Positions 50,292 through 60,416 of a stretch of DNA of 64,000 nucleotides are shown piece after piece (position 1 is the stretch's first letter; every line of letters starts with the position of its first letter). This DNA comes from Desulfatiglandales bacterium (GTDB lineage: Bacteria > Desulfobacterota > DSM-4660 > Desulfatiglandales > HGW-15). The translations under genes and the position numbers were made by a program. The notes beneath the pieces are model-generated. The model was not told the DNA's origin. It searched no databases and worked only from the letters and a program-made list of their open reading frames with translations. The stretch spans positions 2,240,001 through 2,304,000 of the forward strand of contig CAXXJJ010000001.1 in the NCBI GenBank assembly GCA_963667015.2, written 5' to 3'.

Positions 50292-52004
50292 TTAATCCAT
50301 ATCAAAGTTCACACCCCATGTCTTGAGACCGGCCATTCCGGTTGCAGCATTAACATTATCAGTGATCCCCTGTTCATTAAGATTTAACTGTGTTTCGTAG
50401 GATCGTATGCCGGTGTTACAGATCAGTACCAGCTTTTTATCTCTGGGTACTTCATCCATTCGGTCTGCAAGCTGATCATGTGGAATGCTTTTCCATATAT
50501 CAGGATATTTATCCTCAAAGGGCTGGGCATCAGCGTTGGCGCGGCAGTCCAGAAAGAATGTTTCTCCGGATGATCTGTTTTCCCAGTGTTTCTTAAATTC
50601 TTCCATGGTTATGAAACGATACCGACCGTCCAGGTAATTTGATGCAGCATTGCCCAGTGCGTTTATGATGTCCATGGCGGAGGAGAACGGCGGGGAATAA
50701 GCAATCTCAAGATTGCTGATTTCCTCGACTCCAGGCTTATATTTCAACAGGGGGGCAACTGCGTTGACTCGGCCTACCATGCCGCTGTCCTTTCCACCAT
50801 AGCCCTGAATGCCCAGAACTGTTCGTGTCTTGCAGTCCACCACAAGTTCCAGGAAGATCACCTCTTTTTCAATATAAAAATGAGCACGGTCAAACTGGGC
50901 CACTTGAATTCCCACGGCATCAAAACCTGCGGCCTTTGCCTTGTCTACTGTCAGGCCTGCCCCGGCAAGTGCATGGTCAAATATTTTAACAACCCAGCTG
51001 CCTACAGCCCCGTCAAACCTGCCTTCTCCCCCGGCAATATTTGTACCTATCACTCTTCCCTGTCGGTTTGCCATGGAACCCAGCGGGTAATATCCGGGTT
51101 CTCCGGTTATAAGGTTTTTAACTGTAGCACAGTCACCGCCGGAATAGATGTCAGGGTCGGAAGTCTGCATGTATTCGTTCACAACAATCCATCCCTGGGG
51201 TGTTACCTCAAGCCCGCAGTCCTTTGCGAGACCGGTATTAGGAACAACTCCTACAGACATAATAACAATGTCAGCTTCCAGTTCCCGTTTGTCGGTTTTT
51301 ACTGAAGTAACGGTACCGTTACCGATAATTTCAGATACCTTTTCCGATGGATAAATCTTGACCCCATTCATTTCCATACAGGTTTGTCCCATCCTGGAGA
51401 GGCTGTGACTTACAAAGCCTGGCATGATCTGGTCAAATACTTCTATGACAGATGTTTCAATCTCCCACATGTCTGCGAGGGCTTCGGCCATCTCAAGGCC
51501 AATGAAGCCTCCGCCAACCACCACTGCTTTTTCGATGCTTCCTTTGGTAACCTTTTCTTTAATGGCTATGGCATCATGAAGGTTGGCTACCGTAAAGACA
51601 TTTTCTAGGTCTTCGCCGGGAAGATTCAGTTTTCGCGGAGTTGTACCGGTAGAAAGTACCAGTTTATCGTAGGGAAGTGTATCGGTTGAACCGTCTTTGC
51701 GTTTAATCTCAACCCGTTTTTCCTTCCGGTCAATTGCGGTAACTTCAGTGCCGCTCATTAAAATTACACCCTTGTCTTTCAGGAAAAATCTTTCATCGCG
51801 AATCATGTGAAAACTTGTTGAACGCAGCTCAGAGATATCACTGACATCACCGGATATATAAAATGGAATGCCGCAGCCTCCATAGGAAATATACTCATCC
51901 CTGTCAATCAGGTATACTTCTGCCTTCGGGTCCATTCGTTTTGCCCTGCACGCGGCTTTTGATCCAAGTGCTACACCACCAACTATCACAATTCTCTGAG
52001 ACAT
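50292..52004 (-). CDS. CoA-disulfide/persulfide reductase family flavoprotein with C-terminal rhodanese domain
   Basis: GGVALG, SYGGCG, GGGFIGLE, GGDC, YSPPFS, ICNTGIRS; RBS AGGAG before ATG 52004. Confidence 0.9.
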   Translation of the reverse strand: MSQRIVIVGGVALGSKAACRAKRMDPKAEVYLIDRDEYISYGGCGIPFYISGDVSDISELRSTSFHMIRDERFFLKDKGVILMSGTEVTAIDRKEKRVEIKRKDGSTDTLPYDKLVLSTGTTPRKLNLPGEDLENVFTVANLHDAIAIKEKVTKGSIEKAVVVGGGFIGLEMAEALADMWEIETSVIEVFDQIMPGFVSHSLSRMGQTCMEMNGVKIYPSEKVSEIIGNGTVTSVKTDKRELEADIVIMSVGVVPNTGLAKDCGLEVTPQGWIVVNEYMQTSDPDIYSGGDCATVKNLITGEPGYYPLGSMANRQGRVIGTNIAGGEGRFDGAVGSWVVKIFDHALAGAGLTVDKAKAAGFDAVGIQVAQFDRAHFYIEKEVIFLELVVDCKTRTVLGIQGYGGKDSGMVGRVNAVAPLLKYKPGVEEISNLEIAYSPPFSSAMDIINALGNAASNYLDGRYRFITMEEFKKHWENRSSGETFFLDCRANADAQPFEDKYPDIWKSIPHDQLADRMDEVPRDKKLVLICNTGIRSYETQLNLNEQGITDNVNAATGMAGLKTWGVNFDMD

Positions 52005-52172
52005 TTTAACTCTCCTTTGGAATAGGTATGAATTTTCGGGTAACAATCCTAATCCTAATATAGAAATCTGTAAAGGATAAAAAGAGAAATAATTCACAAG
52101 CATGGGCAAAGCCTTTTCTCGGGATTGCTTTATGCGATTATTATATTTCCGGTGACGTTAAGGCATAAAAGA

Positions 52173-52197
52173 AAAGCCCTGCTAGAATCAGGGCTTT
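52173..52197 (-). terminator. Rho-independent terminator
   Basis: AAAGCCCTG-N7-CAGGGCTTT with U-tract on the minus strand. Confidence 0.65.
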
Positions 52198-52226
52198 ATT
52201 AAAACAGGAAATTATGCGTCAGGAAA

Positions 52227-52943
52227 TTATGATTTGACCGGTGGAGCCCCCATATGGCCCATCAGTGTCTGCCATTCCTTTCTGTATGTAAACCTTATTT
52301 TTTCTATTCTTTCCTGCGGCCAGTCAGGATCCCAGCCAAGACCCATGTCCTCTCCAACCATGATAATTGTAAATTCAGGGCTCAGGGGCTTTTTGTTTAT
52401 TATGGTCATAACATTGCAGATACGGGCAGGAGAGTTGCAGTCTTCACATTTACCGGTCTTGGAGCATGGTGTGGGAAGCCCCATATTCAGGGCGTGATAG
52501 GGCGCGATTACCTTCTGCACACGTTCAAGGGCTGTGGGTACATCCTTTACTATTTTATTCTGCCCTACAACCAGGATAACCTGCTTTGTGCCGTACACCA
52601 TGCCTGTAACCCTGTTACCCATCCCATCCAGGTTGACCAGTTTGCCGTCAAGTGTTACGGCATTGGTACTGACCAGAAGGACATCACACCTGTTTGCCGG
52701 TTCCATTGAAGGAGCCACAATGGCGCCAGGTTTGGGAATTCCCGGGCCGGTATTGCCCCGATCTTCGAGTTTTTTCATGACTCCTATCTGGTTGACAGAC
52801 ATTGATCCCGCCATTTCTATAGTGGCATCTTTAGGAATCAGCCTGAGTATAATATCCGGCACATCCGCTGCCTTTTCGGCATATTCAACATTAAAGTGGT
52901 TTTTTTTAAGGGCATTGATAGTAGTTTCAATGTCTTTGTTCAT
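52227..52943 (-). CDS. LUD-domain (LutC/YkgG-like) protein
   Basis: STNAVTLDGKLVNLDG.GNRV, GQNKIV, TPC..TG.C.DC.SP.RICN. Confidence 0.88.
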   Translation of the reverse strand: MNKDIETTINALKKNHFNVEYAEKAADVPDIILRLIPKDATIEMAGSMSVNQIGVMKKLEDRGNTGPGIPKPGAIVAPSMEPANRCDVLLVSTNAVTLDGKLVNLDGMGNRVTGMVYGTKQVILVVGQNKIVKDVPTALERVQKVIAPYHALNMGLPTPCSKTGKCEDCNSPARICNVMTIINKKPLSPEFTIIMVGEDMGLGWDPDWPQERIEKIRFTYRKEWQTLMGHMGAPPVKS

Positions 52944-53256
52944 TATATCCCTCCATGCTTTATAAGGTTTGAATTAGTGAATGCATTTTTAAGGATCAAA
53001 ATGAAAATACAATATGAAACGATAGGATATATGGTGTTTTAAGTCAACAGTTAAAAGGCCGATGGTACGGGGCTCAAGGCACAGGGTAAATACGTTAAAA
53101 AACAGGCGGACACATAGGTCTGCCCGCTAAAGGTGTGTATATCTTTTATAGAGTCGGCTTCCCTCCTAGAAATAATGGATATCTATCTTTAGGCTTGACA
53201 ATTACCTGCTATCTATTACTTATATTATACAAAAATACTTAGAATCGAGAAAAACA

Positions 53257-54810
53257 TTGAAAATTCCTGTCATTCAACCTGGAGATATTCCTCCTGATCA
53301 TATAGCTCCTGACTCACTTAAAGGGATTCCCCGTCAACAGACAAAACCTTCACGCTGGGATGGTGAAGACTGGGATAAATTTTCAAAAGCCCTTTCGGAT
53401 CATGGCATACCTGTCAAGGAAAACAGGGCTGTCTGCTCCCTCTATTCCTCTGACAGCGGGGGTATGGCCTATGGTATGCCCCATGGTGTGGTTGTAGCCC
53501 GGTCAACCGAACAGGTGGCCGCTGTCATGAAGGAAGCCCAGAAGTACAAAATACCGGTCAAGGTCAGGGGAGGCTCCCTTACTACTGAGGGTGAGACAGT
53601 GGCCTTTGGCGGTCTGCAGCTTGATATGACCGGTATGAGCGATGTGCTTGCGATTGATCATGAAAACATGACCGTCAGGACCGAGGCAGGTATTTACTGG
53701 CATTCTCTCGCCGAATTCCTTCGCAGGGACGGATATGACTACCTGTCGGCCCCCCTTAACATGACCTCATCTGTCGGTGGAACCCTTTCTGTAGGAGGTA
53801 TTGATATCAATTCCGCGAGGCTCGGGTGCAGTGCGGATCAGACTGTGGCGCTCAAAGTGGTAACACCTATGGGTGAGATTGTCGAATGTTCCGAAACACT
53901 AAATCCCGAAATATTCAACAGTAACCTGCTGGGGTATGGTCAGTTCGGTATCATTACCGAAGCGACACTTAAAATAAGAAAATTTACCCCCATAACCATG
54001 CACTATTTCTATTACAGTTCCATATCATCAGCCATCAGTGACATGATGATGCTCGCGGAGCATGATGCCTCCGATTATATCGGTATCCTGACAATGATGG
54101 ACAGGGCAGTGAATCTTCTGGTGGCATTTGATTCTGCTGAACGTGAAAAGGCGTTTTTTGCCAGATGGAGAAGCCGTATCAAGGGCTTTGGAGAGTTGGG
54201 GTTTGGAATTAAAATGGCTGTCTATTATGCCCTGAGGCCCTGGAAGGTAAAGGAGGCCCTCTACCTGCTTGATCGAAAAAGATCGCTTATGCCTGAATTT
54301 AATCCCAGCCATCATATGAGAGGAGACCGCATAGTGGACAGGACGGTTGTTTTTTCAAAGGCCGTGTGGAAATTCTGGGGAGGGAGACAGATGGTTATCC
54401 CCGATCTTGCCACAAGCAAGGAAAAATTTATTGAAGCGGTAGAGCGGGGTAATGCAGTGTGTAAAAAATATTTTTCCCACTACACCCTGTATTGTGTGGG
54501 TATTAAACTGCTGGGAAGTAAAGACCGTTATGAAATGTCATGCATACCGCCTGATGCCGAAGGGATTGCCTATGGCTGTGAATTCGAACCCATGCTTGGC
54601 GACAGATATTACAGTCACGATTATCTGCAGTCCTTTAAAAATGAGATATACGATGTAGGGGTTGATATGAAAAGCTGTTACTATCGCTTTGGTGGTATGA
54701 TGAAGGGATATATCCGCCGGGTATTTGGCGATGAAATTGTCGACAGACACCTTGCCCTCAAGAAAGAGGCCGACCCGGGTATGATCTTAAATTCGGACGT
54801 GATATTCTAA
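53257..54810 (+). CDS. FAD-binding oxidoreductase (VAO/PCMH superfamily)
   Basis: P..VV..RS.EQV, VRGG, SVGGTLSVGG, LKVVT..GEIV.CS, GQFGIITEATL, K...DP..ILN. Confidence 0.85.
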   Translation: MKIPVIQPGDIPPDHIAPDSLKGIPRQQTKPSRWDGEDWDKFSKALSDHGIPVKENRAVCSLYSSDSGGMAYGMPHGVVVARSTEQVAAVMKEAQKYKIPVKVRGGSLTTEGETVAFGGLQLDMTGMSDVLAIDHENMTVRTEAGIYWHSLAEFLRRDGYDYLSAPLNMTSSVGGTLSVGGIDINSARLGCSADQTVALKVVTPMGEIVECSETLNPEIFNSNLLGYGQFGIITEATLKIRKFTPITMHYFYYSSISSAISDMMMLAEHDASDYIGILTMMDRAVNLLVAFDSAEREKAFFARWRSRIKGFGELGFGIKMAVYYALRPWKVKEALYLLDRKRSLMPEFNPSHHMRGDRIVDRTVVFSKAVWKFWGGRQMVIPDLATSKEKFIEAVERGNAVCKKYFSHYTLYCVGIKLLGSKDRYEMSCIPPDAEGIAYGCEFEPMLGDRYYSHDYLQSFKNEIYDVGVDMKSCYYRFGGMMKGYIRRVFGDEIVDRHLALKKEADPGMILNSDVIF

Positions 54811-55808
54811 TGCTGCCACATCATAGAAAAATAAAAAACAGCCACCTGTTCCGGGACAATTCAAGACCAGGATATGAAAAATGTAACGGCTGCCGGGTAT
54901 GTACTCTTCCGTGCCCGGTATGGCGTGAGACCCATGATATATCTCTTACTCATTGCGGCCGCGCAAGGGCAGTGCAGTGCGGCGCCTCTCCTGATGATAT
55001 CAGGGAGTCGATAATGGCCTGTATCCTGTGCGGGGCCTGTGAGTCTATATGCCCATTTGGTATTGATACTGTCGGGATGACCCTGGACCTGCGTTATATG
55101 CTGAACAAAGAAAAAAATGCGCCGGAATTTAAAGAAGAAGGTGTATCCGAAAACCTGGATAAAAAAGCAATCTACTCGCGCCTCCTTCTGCCCGGAAAGC
55201 AGCTCAGGTATCATGAACAGTTGATTTTAAATATCCATAATCTACTGGATGACGGTAAAACAGCAATTGCATATGATGACGGATCTGACATCAGCCATGC
55301 AGTGGAATCCGGTCTCCCTGTTTCAAATAAAAGAAAAAGGCAGTTTATCAGGTCATTGGCAGGAGCGCATGATCTTGTTGTTGCGGATGGTATTTTACAC
55401 AGGGTCTTAAAAAAATGGCTCCCGGAGGTCGTGGTTATGAGCCTGGGAACTGCAATACTGGATAATATAAATATTTACGCATTACTCGGACCGGATGATC
55501 TCTATATAATTGAAACCCGAGTGTACAATGGAGACCATAGAAGGATGGTCAGGGAATATGATCAGATCAGGAAGAAGACTGGCTGCCAGATGAATATGGA
55601 CCTCCACCGTTCAGCTATCCCGACCGGAGCCGGGAGTGTTTACTTAAATGCTGTTTCTCCGGAAGAACAGGCAAAATGGATTATCAAGGGCCGCAGGTTC
55701 AAACGTATTATTGTGGAAAACCCCGAGGACATAAGTGTGTTCAGTAAGGTATCCAAAGCCGTGGTGATTCATTTATCCGAGCTGGCCGGGAGGCATTATA
55801 ATGATTAG
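54810..55808 (+). CDS. 4Fe-4S dicluster protein (GlcF/GlpC-like N-terminus)
   Basis: CNGCRVCTLPCP and CILCGACESICP. Confidence 0.8.
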   Translation: MLPHHRKIKNSHLFRDNSRPGYEKCNGCRVCTLPCPVWRETHDISLTHCGRARAVQCGASPDDIRESIMACILCGACESICPFGIDTVGMTLDLRYMLNKEKNAPEFKEEGVSENLDKKAIYSRLLLPGKQLRYHEQLILNIHNLLDDGKTAIAYDDGSDISHAVESGLPVSNKRKRQFIRSLAGAHDLVVADGILHRVLKKWLPEVVVMSLGTAILDNINIYALLGPDDLYIIETRVYNGDHRRMVREYDQIRKKTGCQMNMDLHRSAIPTGAGSVYLNAVSPEEQAKWIIKGRRFKRIIVENPEDISVFSKVSKAVVIHLSELAGRHYND

Positions 55809-57027
55809 AAGCGATAATGTCAGAACAGTGGATGCAATCATTGTCGGTTCTGGACTGGCTGGTGCGGCCTGTGCCAAACGTCTGATAGATGCAGGCTATG
55901 AAACCATACTGATCGAAAAAAAAGAGCTTCCGCGCCACAAGATCTGCAGCGGGATACTTTCACCACGCGGGCACCGGTTCCTTATAGAAAATTTCGGGCC
56001 TCTGCCCCGTGAAATACTCCATGAACCCGCTTCCTGCCGCGGTGTTATGTTTCATTTTCCGAGAGCAAGGTCTCTGGCGTTGAATTTTGACAGGGGACCG
56101 ACTCCCCATCTCCACCGAAAATATTCCGATTACTGGGCAGTTAGAAGAAGCAACGTAGAAATCCATGACCGCACAAGGTTTATTGGCCTGAGGGACAGGG
56201 GAAGCCATGTTGATGTACAGGCAAGGAAAGGTGATGAGCCGGTCAACTATCGCGCCAGGGTTGTAATAGGCGCCGACGGTCCCAACTCCCATGTAGTACA
56301 GTCTGTCTATCCCGAATATCAGAAACAGATTCCATGGTTTGTTGTCGGACAGAGATTCCACAGGATAATAGACTGTCCCCTTGATAAAGATTATTTCCAT
56401 TTCTGGTTCCATCCCGACCTGGGATATTATACCTGGAGTCATGCGAGGGACGGGCTGCAGATCATCGGAAATGCATTTATCAAGGGTGATAATTTCAATA
56501 AACGTCATCAAAATGTCCTGACATATCTTGAGGCTAAACACGGAGTAAGGCTTGAACCCCACGATGCAGGCGAGGCATGTCTTGAAAACTTCGGCATATC
56601 TCTAATAAACAGGTATGTATTTGGAAGATCAAATGTCATTATCACCGGTCAGGCAGCAGGTTTTTTAAATATGATGGCAGAAGGAATGAGCTGCGCACTA
56701 CATTCAGGAGCGATCGCTGGAGAGGCGATACTCGAGGCCCATCGGTATAATATACCCCTGCAGAAGGTTTACAGGTCAATGATTGCATCAGAGGTAAAAA
56801 GATGCACCGATCAGTGGAATCCTCTCAGGATAATATTCGGCAAACCTCATGAAGCGGATTTCAGGGATGTGTTTAAAGGTCTTCCCGTTTTGGATCAGAT
56901 AAAAATGATCAGGGAATTCATCCGGTTCATAAGGATTTTCAGAGGCTTCGGATGGGGATGGGAGATTATTCAACAGTCTCTCTTCAGGATGTTTTATGAC
57001 AGGTATCAGACCGGGCGCTGGATATAA
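55801..57027 (+). CDS. Geranylgeranyl reductase-like FAD-dependent oxidoreductase
   Basis: IVGSGLAG, LPRHKICSG, VIGADG, GQAAG..N..AEGM..A..SG. Confidence 0.85.
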   Translation: MIRSDNVRTVDAIIVGSGLAGAACAKRLIDAGYETILIEKKELPRHKICSGILSPRGHRFLIENFGPLPREILHEPASCRGVMFHFPRARSLALNFDRGPTPHLHRKYSDYWAVRRSNVEIHDRTRFIGLRDRGSHVDVQARKGDEPVNYRARVVIGADGPNSHVVQSVYPEYQKQIPWFVVGQRFHRIIDCPLDKDYFHFWFHPDLGYYTWSHARDGLQIIGNAFIKGDNFNKRHQNVLTYLEAKHGVRLEPHDAGEACLENFGISLINRYVFGRSNVIITGQAAGFLNMMAEGMSCALHSGAIAGEAILEAHRYNIPLQKVYRSMIASEVKRCTDQWNPLRIIFGKPHEADFRDVFKGLPVLDQIKMIREFIRFIRIFRGFGWGWEIIQQSLFRMFYDRYQTGRWI

Positions 57028-57046
57028 CTCTGATTTTTAAGAAATA

Positions 57047-57090
57047 AAAACCCCGGATTTTAAAGCATGATGCTGTAAAATCCGGGTTTC
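57047..57090. terminator. Bidirectional terminator hairpin
   Basis: CCCGGATTTTA...TAAAATCCGGG between convergent genes. Confidence 0.7.
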
Positions 57091-57096
57091 ATCCTA

Positions 57097-57879
57097 TTAC
57101 CAGTTTGGAGGCTGTAGTGGCCCGCCGGGTCGAATACCGTTATTCGGATCACCCGGGCCATTGGGATATCTCTGGCCCCTTCCCCAGCCGCGTGAGGGTT
57201 GTCTTCTGTTGCGTCTTTCTTCTAAATATTTTTGATAGGCTTCCTGTTGTTCTTCATTGAGTATTTTTTCGATCTTTTCGTATTCCTGGTCATCAACCGT
57301 CGTCATCTCCTGCCTTATGCGGGAAAAATCCGGCGGCTGTTTCTGTCTGCTTTCCTGCATTATTTTTTCACGTTTATTAAAACCGTCTTTCATAATTTCT
57401 TCAAGTTTGGCAACCTGCTCAGGCTGCAGGTTTAAACGGTTTTTCAGCTCATCTATATCACGTGAAAAAGGCCTCCCCGGAAAATCAAGCCTTACAGCAA
57501 ACCTGTCATGGAAGCTTTTCATCTTGTTGTAAAAGGTATTGAATCTTTCTCTCTGTTCGTCATTCAGCTTTTCTCTGATCAAATCAAGACTTTTATCATT
57601 TATTTCCTCGATTTGAGGAAAGGTCTTCCTTCTGAGATCGGATATCTGATCCTGTGCATCCTGCAGTATCTTTCCTATTTCAGCCCTTTGTGTTTCAGTC
57701 AGTTCAAGGTCCCTGGAAAAATCATCCAGAACCATCCTTACCCTTACGTCCGTTGGAGGACCGCCGCCTGCAAACATCTGTAGGCGGTTATTATAGTATA
57801 ACCCCGTACAGATTGCCCCGACCAGAAGGCCAACGGCAAAAACCAGGACTACTCCTATAACCAGTTTTAATCGATTCAT
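57097..57879 (-). CDS. Spy/CpxP-like (LTxxQ repeat) exported protein
   Basis: N-terminal TM, LELTETQ, LNDEQ, LNLQPEQ, LNEEQ. Confidence 0.7.
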   Translation of the reverse strand: MNRLKLVIGVVLVFAVGLLVGAICTGLYYNNRLQMFAGGGPPTDVRVRMVLDDFSRDLELTETQRAEIGKILQDAQDQISDLRRKTFPQIEEINDKSLDLIREKLNDEQRERFNTFYNKMKSFHDRFAVRLDFPGRPFSRDIDELKNRLNLQPEQVAKLEEIMKDGFNKREKIMQESRQKQPPDFSRIRQEMTTVDDQEYEKIEKILNEEQQEAYQKYLEERRNRRQPSRGWGRGQRYPNGPGDPNNGIRPGGPLQPPNW

Positions 57880-57889
57880 TTTTTCCCCA

Positions 57890-58216
57890 CTATCCGTTAT
57901 ATAAAGAAATAAAACTCAAATCAGAAGGATCATTAATAAAGATCTTGGCCATTTCAAAGTCAGATAAGGTATTAGTATGGATCATCAAAAAGCCAAGCAA
58001 CAAAACCAGGATACATGAAACCGGTGCAAGCTTCCACACGAACCCCTGAAAAATATCAAAAAAATCTGTTTGAAGACGTGTCCCTGCGTCATTCCTGACA
58101 AGTCTCATTGCATTCGCCTGCCATTTATCACTGACAGGAAGTCTTTCTTTGTCACGATGGACTTCTTTAAAAAGACCTAAAACCTTATTAAATTCTTTTT
58201 TCCCTGTTGTTTTCAT
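57890..58216 (-). CDS. Probable membrane anti-sigma factor
   Basis: Single TM; directly downstream of the ECF sigma gene. Confidence 0.65.
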   Translation of the reverse strand: MKTTGKKEFNKVLGLFKEVHRDKERLPVSDKWQANAMRLVRNDAGTRLQTDFFDIFQGFVWKLAPVSCILVLLLGFLMIHTNTLSDFEMAKIFINDPSDLSFISLYNG

Positions 58217-58229
58217 ATTAGCCTCCCGA

Positions 58230-58835
58230 CTAACTTTTATTTAATGCAGTATTTAAAATAGATTTTAATTTTTTTTTCAGGCGGAAGGAGCGGACTTTTA
58301 CATTTGATACGCTCCAGCCAAGAAGGTCGGCAACCTCCCTGCCTGAATATCCTTCCAGGTATACAAGTTCCATAACCATCCTGTCTTCGGGTGACAACTT
58401 TCCAAGCGCCCATTCCAGCAGTTCTGCAGCCTCCTTTTTGGGGCCTTTATCATTAACCTCGAATGCCGATTGTTCAGATATCCTGTCCTCCAGCCACTTC
58501 TGGTGATTTTCAGCAATGGCGTTCATGGGTATCTCACGTGATTTATAGGCCTTTCTCCAGTAATCATAACAGGTTCTCACGGTTATGGAAGACATCCAGT
58601 TCTTAAAGTCTCCTGTCCCCTTATACATATGGATTGACTGATATATTCTTAAAAAGGCATTCTGGGTAACATCTTCGATTTCATTATAGGGAATGTGCCT
58701 TTTTACAATTCGTAACACAAAGTCGCCATACTTTTTAATAAGAGACTCAAAGGCGTTGATCTGTCCATTAATAACCTGATCGATAATGTCACTGTCACTG
58801 GTTATTGTAGGTTCATTTTGCATAGTTTTTATCAA
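58230..58835 (-). CDS. ECF sigma-70 factor
   Basis: AFE.LI.KY, EDVTQ.AF, F.NW...I....C.D.WR, EG.S..EVA.LLG.S.SNVKVR. Confidence 0.93.
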   Translation of the reverse strand: MIKTMQNEPTITSDSDIIDQVINGQINAFESLIKKYGDFVLRIVKRHIPYNEIEDVTQNAFLRIYQSIHMYKGTGDFKNWMSSITVRTCYDYWRKAYKSREIPMNAIAENHQKWLEDRISEQSAFEVNDKGPKKEAAELLEWALGKLSPEDRMVMELVYLEGYSGREVADLLGWSVSNVKVRSFRLKKKLKSILNTALNKS

Positions 58836-59089
58836 GTAACACTACATCAGGCTCAGTTTTAATAAATTATTTAAACGTGGTAAAATGCTGATATCAAATA
58901 TGCCATGTGTATCCCGCTCTTTCGGATTCATGTTTAACCACGTGATTATATCAGAACTTTATTAAAAAATCCGATGGAGATAAAATCCTTAAAATACATT
59001 GCAACGTGTTAATGGTATCCGGTTTTAGTGTTCCTTCAAGGAAGGCCTGATCCCGGAATAATTCTCATATCCTTTCTTTATATTTTATG

Positions 59090-59117
59090 TAGTCGTCGCC
59101 TGGTTAAAAAGGTTACA
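59090..59117 (-). promoter_or_regulatory. Candidate ECF-type promoter facing the sigma operon
   Basis: Minus strand TGTAAC-N16-CGACTA. Confidence 0.55.
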
Positions 59118-59364
59118 GGAAACATGGGCAGTAATGATTTCAGAGGGATTTCTTTTAACATTGTAACCATAAATCATTTTGACAAGATGCCCTGCTTTTT
59201 GGGAGCTCTTCACTCCTCCCGGAGGAACCACCTCTTCTCCGGGGGGAGAATATTTCATCACTTGTTTTTATTCACTCTTAAACTGTATAATCCTGCCCTG
59301 ATAAATGCCATAAGGTATGTTATCTGATCATGTTAATTAACATTTTTATAACCCATTAAAAATT

Positions 59365-60276
59365 ATGAGCAATCTTCACAGGATACAATGGATAGACTCT
59401 CAAATCCGTGCAAACAGGTTTCCAAACTGTACACGTATTGCCGGTGAATTCTGCATATCAAAACGTCAGGCCTCCAGGGATATCGAGTACATGAGGGATT
59501 CGCTGAATGCCCCTCTGGAGTATTCACCCGGAAGATATGGCTATTATTATTCCGATGAAGCATTTGTCCTTCCCGGGGTCATGGTAACGGAGACAGAAAA
59601 GCAGGCACTTACGTATCTTGCAGGGCAGTTCAGGGAATCAAACAACAGCATTGCCTCGGGTCTTGCTGAACTGTTCTCAAAATTAACCGGCAAAGGTGTA
59701 ATTAAACCGGAAAGGATACCCGGCTTCCCCAGTATCCCCCTCGATGAAAAGGAAATAAAACAATATCAGGTGCTGAGTGAGGCATGCCAGGCAGGTATGA
59801 AGGTGTCGGCGGAGTACATTAACGGCGCAAATGTCAGAACCGAAAGACTCTTTTGTCCATACAGGATATTCAGAAAAGATCTTCACAATTATGTTGTGGG
59901 TTTTTGTGAAATGAGGGAAGAGCTCAGGATATTCCGTCTGGACAGGTTCAGGAAGATTACAATTACGAATGAACCATTTGAAAAACCGGCTGATTTTAAC
60001 GGCGCCATGTATGGTGATGACTATCGGTTTAACTACAGGGAACCATATGAAGCAGTCATTTCTTTTGATACCCCTTTTGATACAAATATCTTTGGGATTG
60101 ACTCTTCCCGGTTAGATGAAAGGACATACCGGATAAGGTTTCAGGCATCCGGAAAATTTCTGTCGGAGCTGCTTGCCCTCGGGAAAAACTTCCGCATCAT
60201 TCATCCCGGATGGCTCAGGGAACGGCTCCTTGAACGAATAAAAAGTGTCTTTTCTGCCAACGCAGGGAATGACTAA
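59365..60276 (+). CDS. WYL-domain transcriptional regulator
   Basis: wHTH IA.EF.IS.RQ..RDIEYMR; R...PY.......YVVGFC..REE.RIFRLDR. Confidence 0.92.
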   Translation: MSNLHRIQWIDSQIRANRFPNCTRIAGEFCISKRQASRDIEYMRDSLNAPLEYSPGRYGYYYSDEAFVLPGVMVTETEKQALTYLAGQFRESNNSIASGLAELFSKLTGKGVIKPERIPGFPSIPLDEKEIKQYQVLSEACQAGMKVSAEYINGANVRTERLFCPYRIFRKDLHNYVVGFCEMREELRIFRLDRFRKITITNEPFEKPADFNGAMYGDDYRFNYREPYEAVISFDTPFDTNIFGIDSSRLDERTYRIRFQASGKFLSELLALGKNFRIIHPGWLRERLLERIKSVFSANAGND

Positions 60277-60416
60277 GGATGAAATAATATATCTCCATAT
60301 TTTTAGATTTTATCTAATAATGATGGAAATATAAAATAGATATTTTCCATGTATCTAGGAGTTGAAAAATTTAATTTGAACACTATTATTGTCAGTCCTA
60401 TACAATATCTTTTATA

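Noticed and set aside
59028..59327. 99-aa ORF and hairpin near 59212-59249
   Set aside because: ORF lacks RBS and motifs; the hairpin is a single unassignable palindrome
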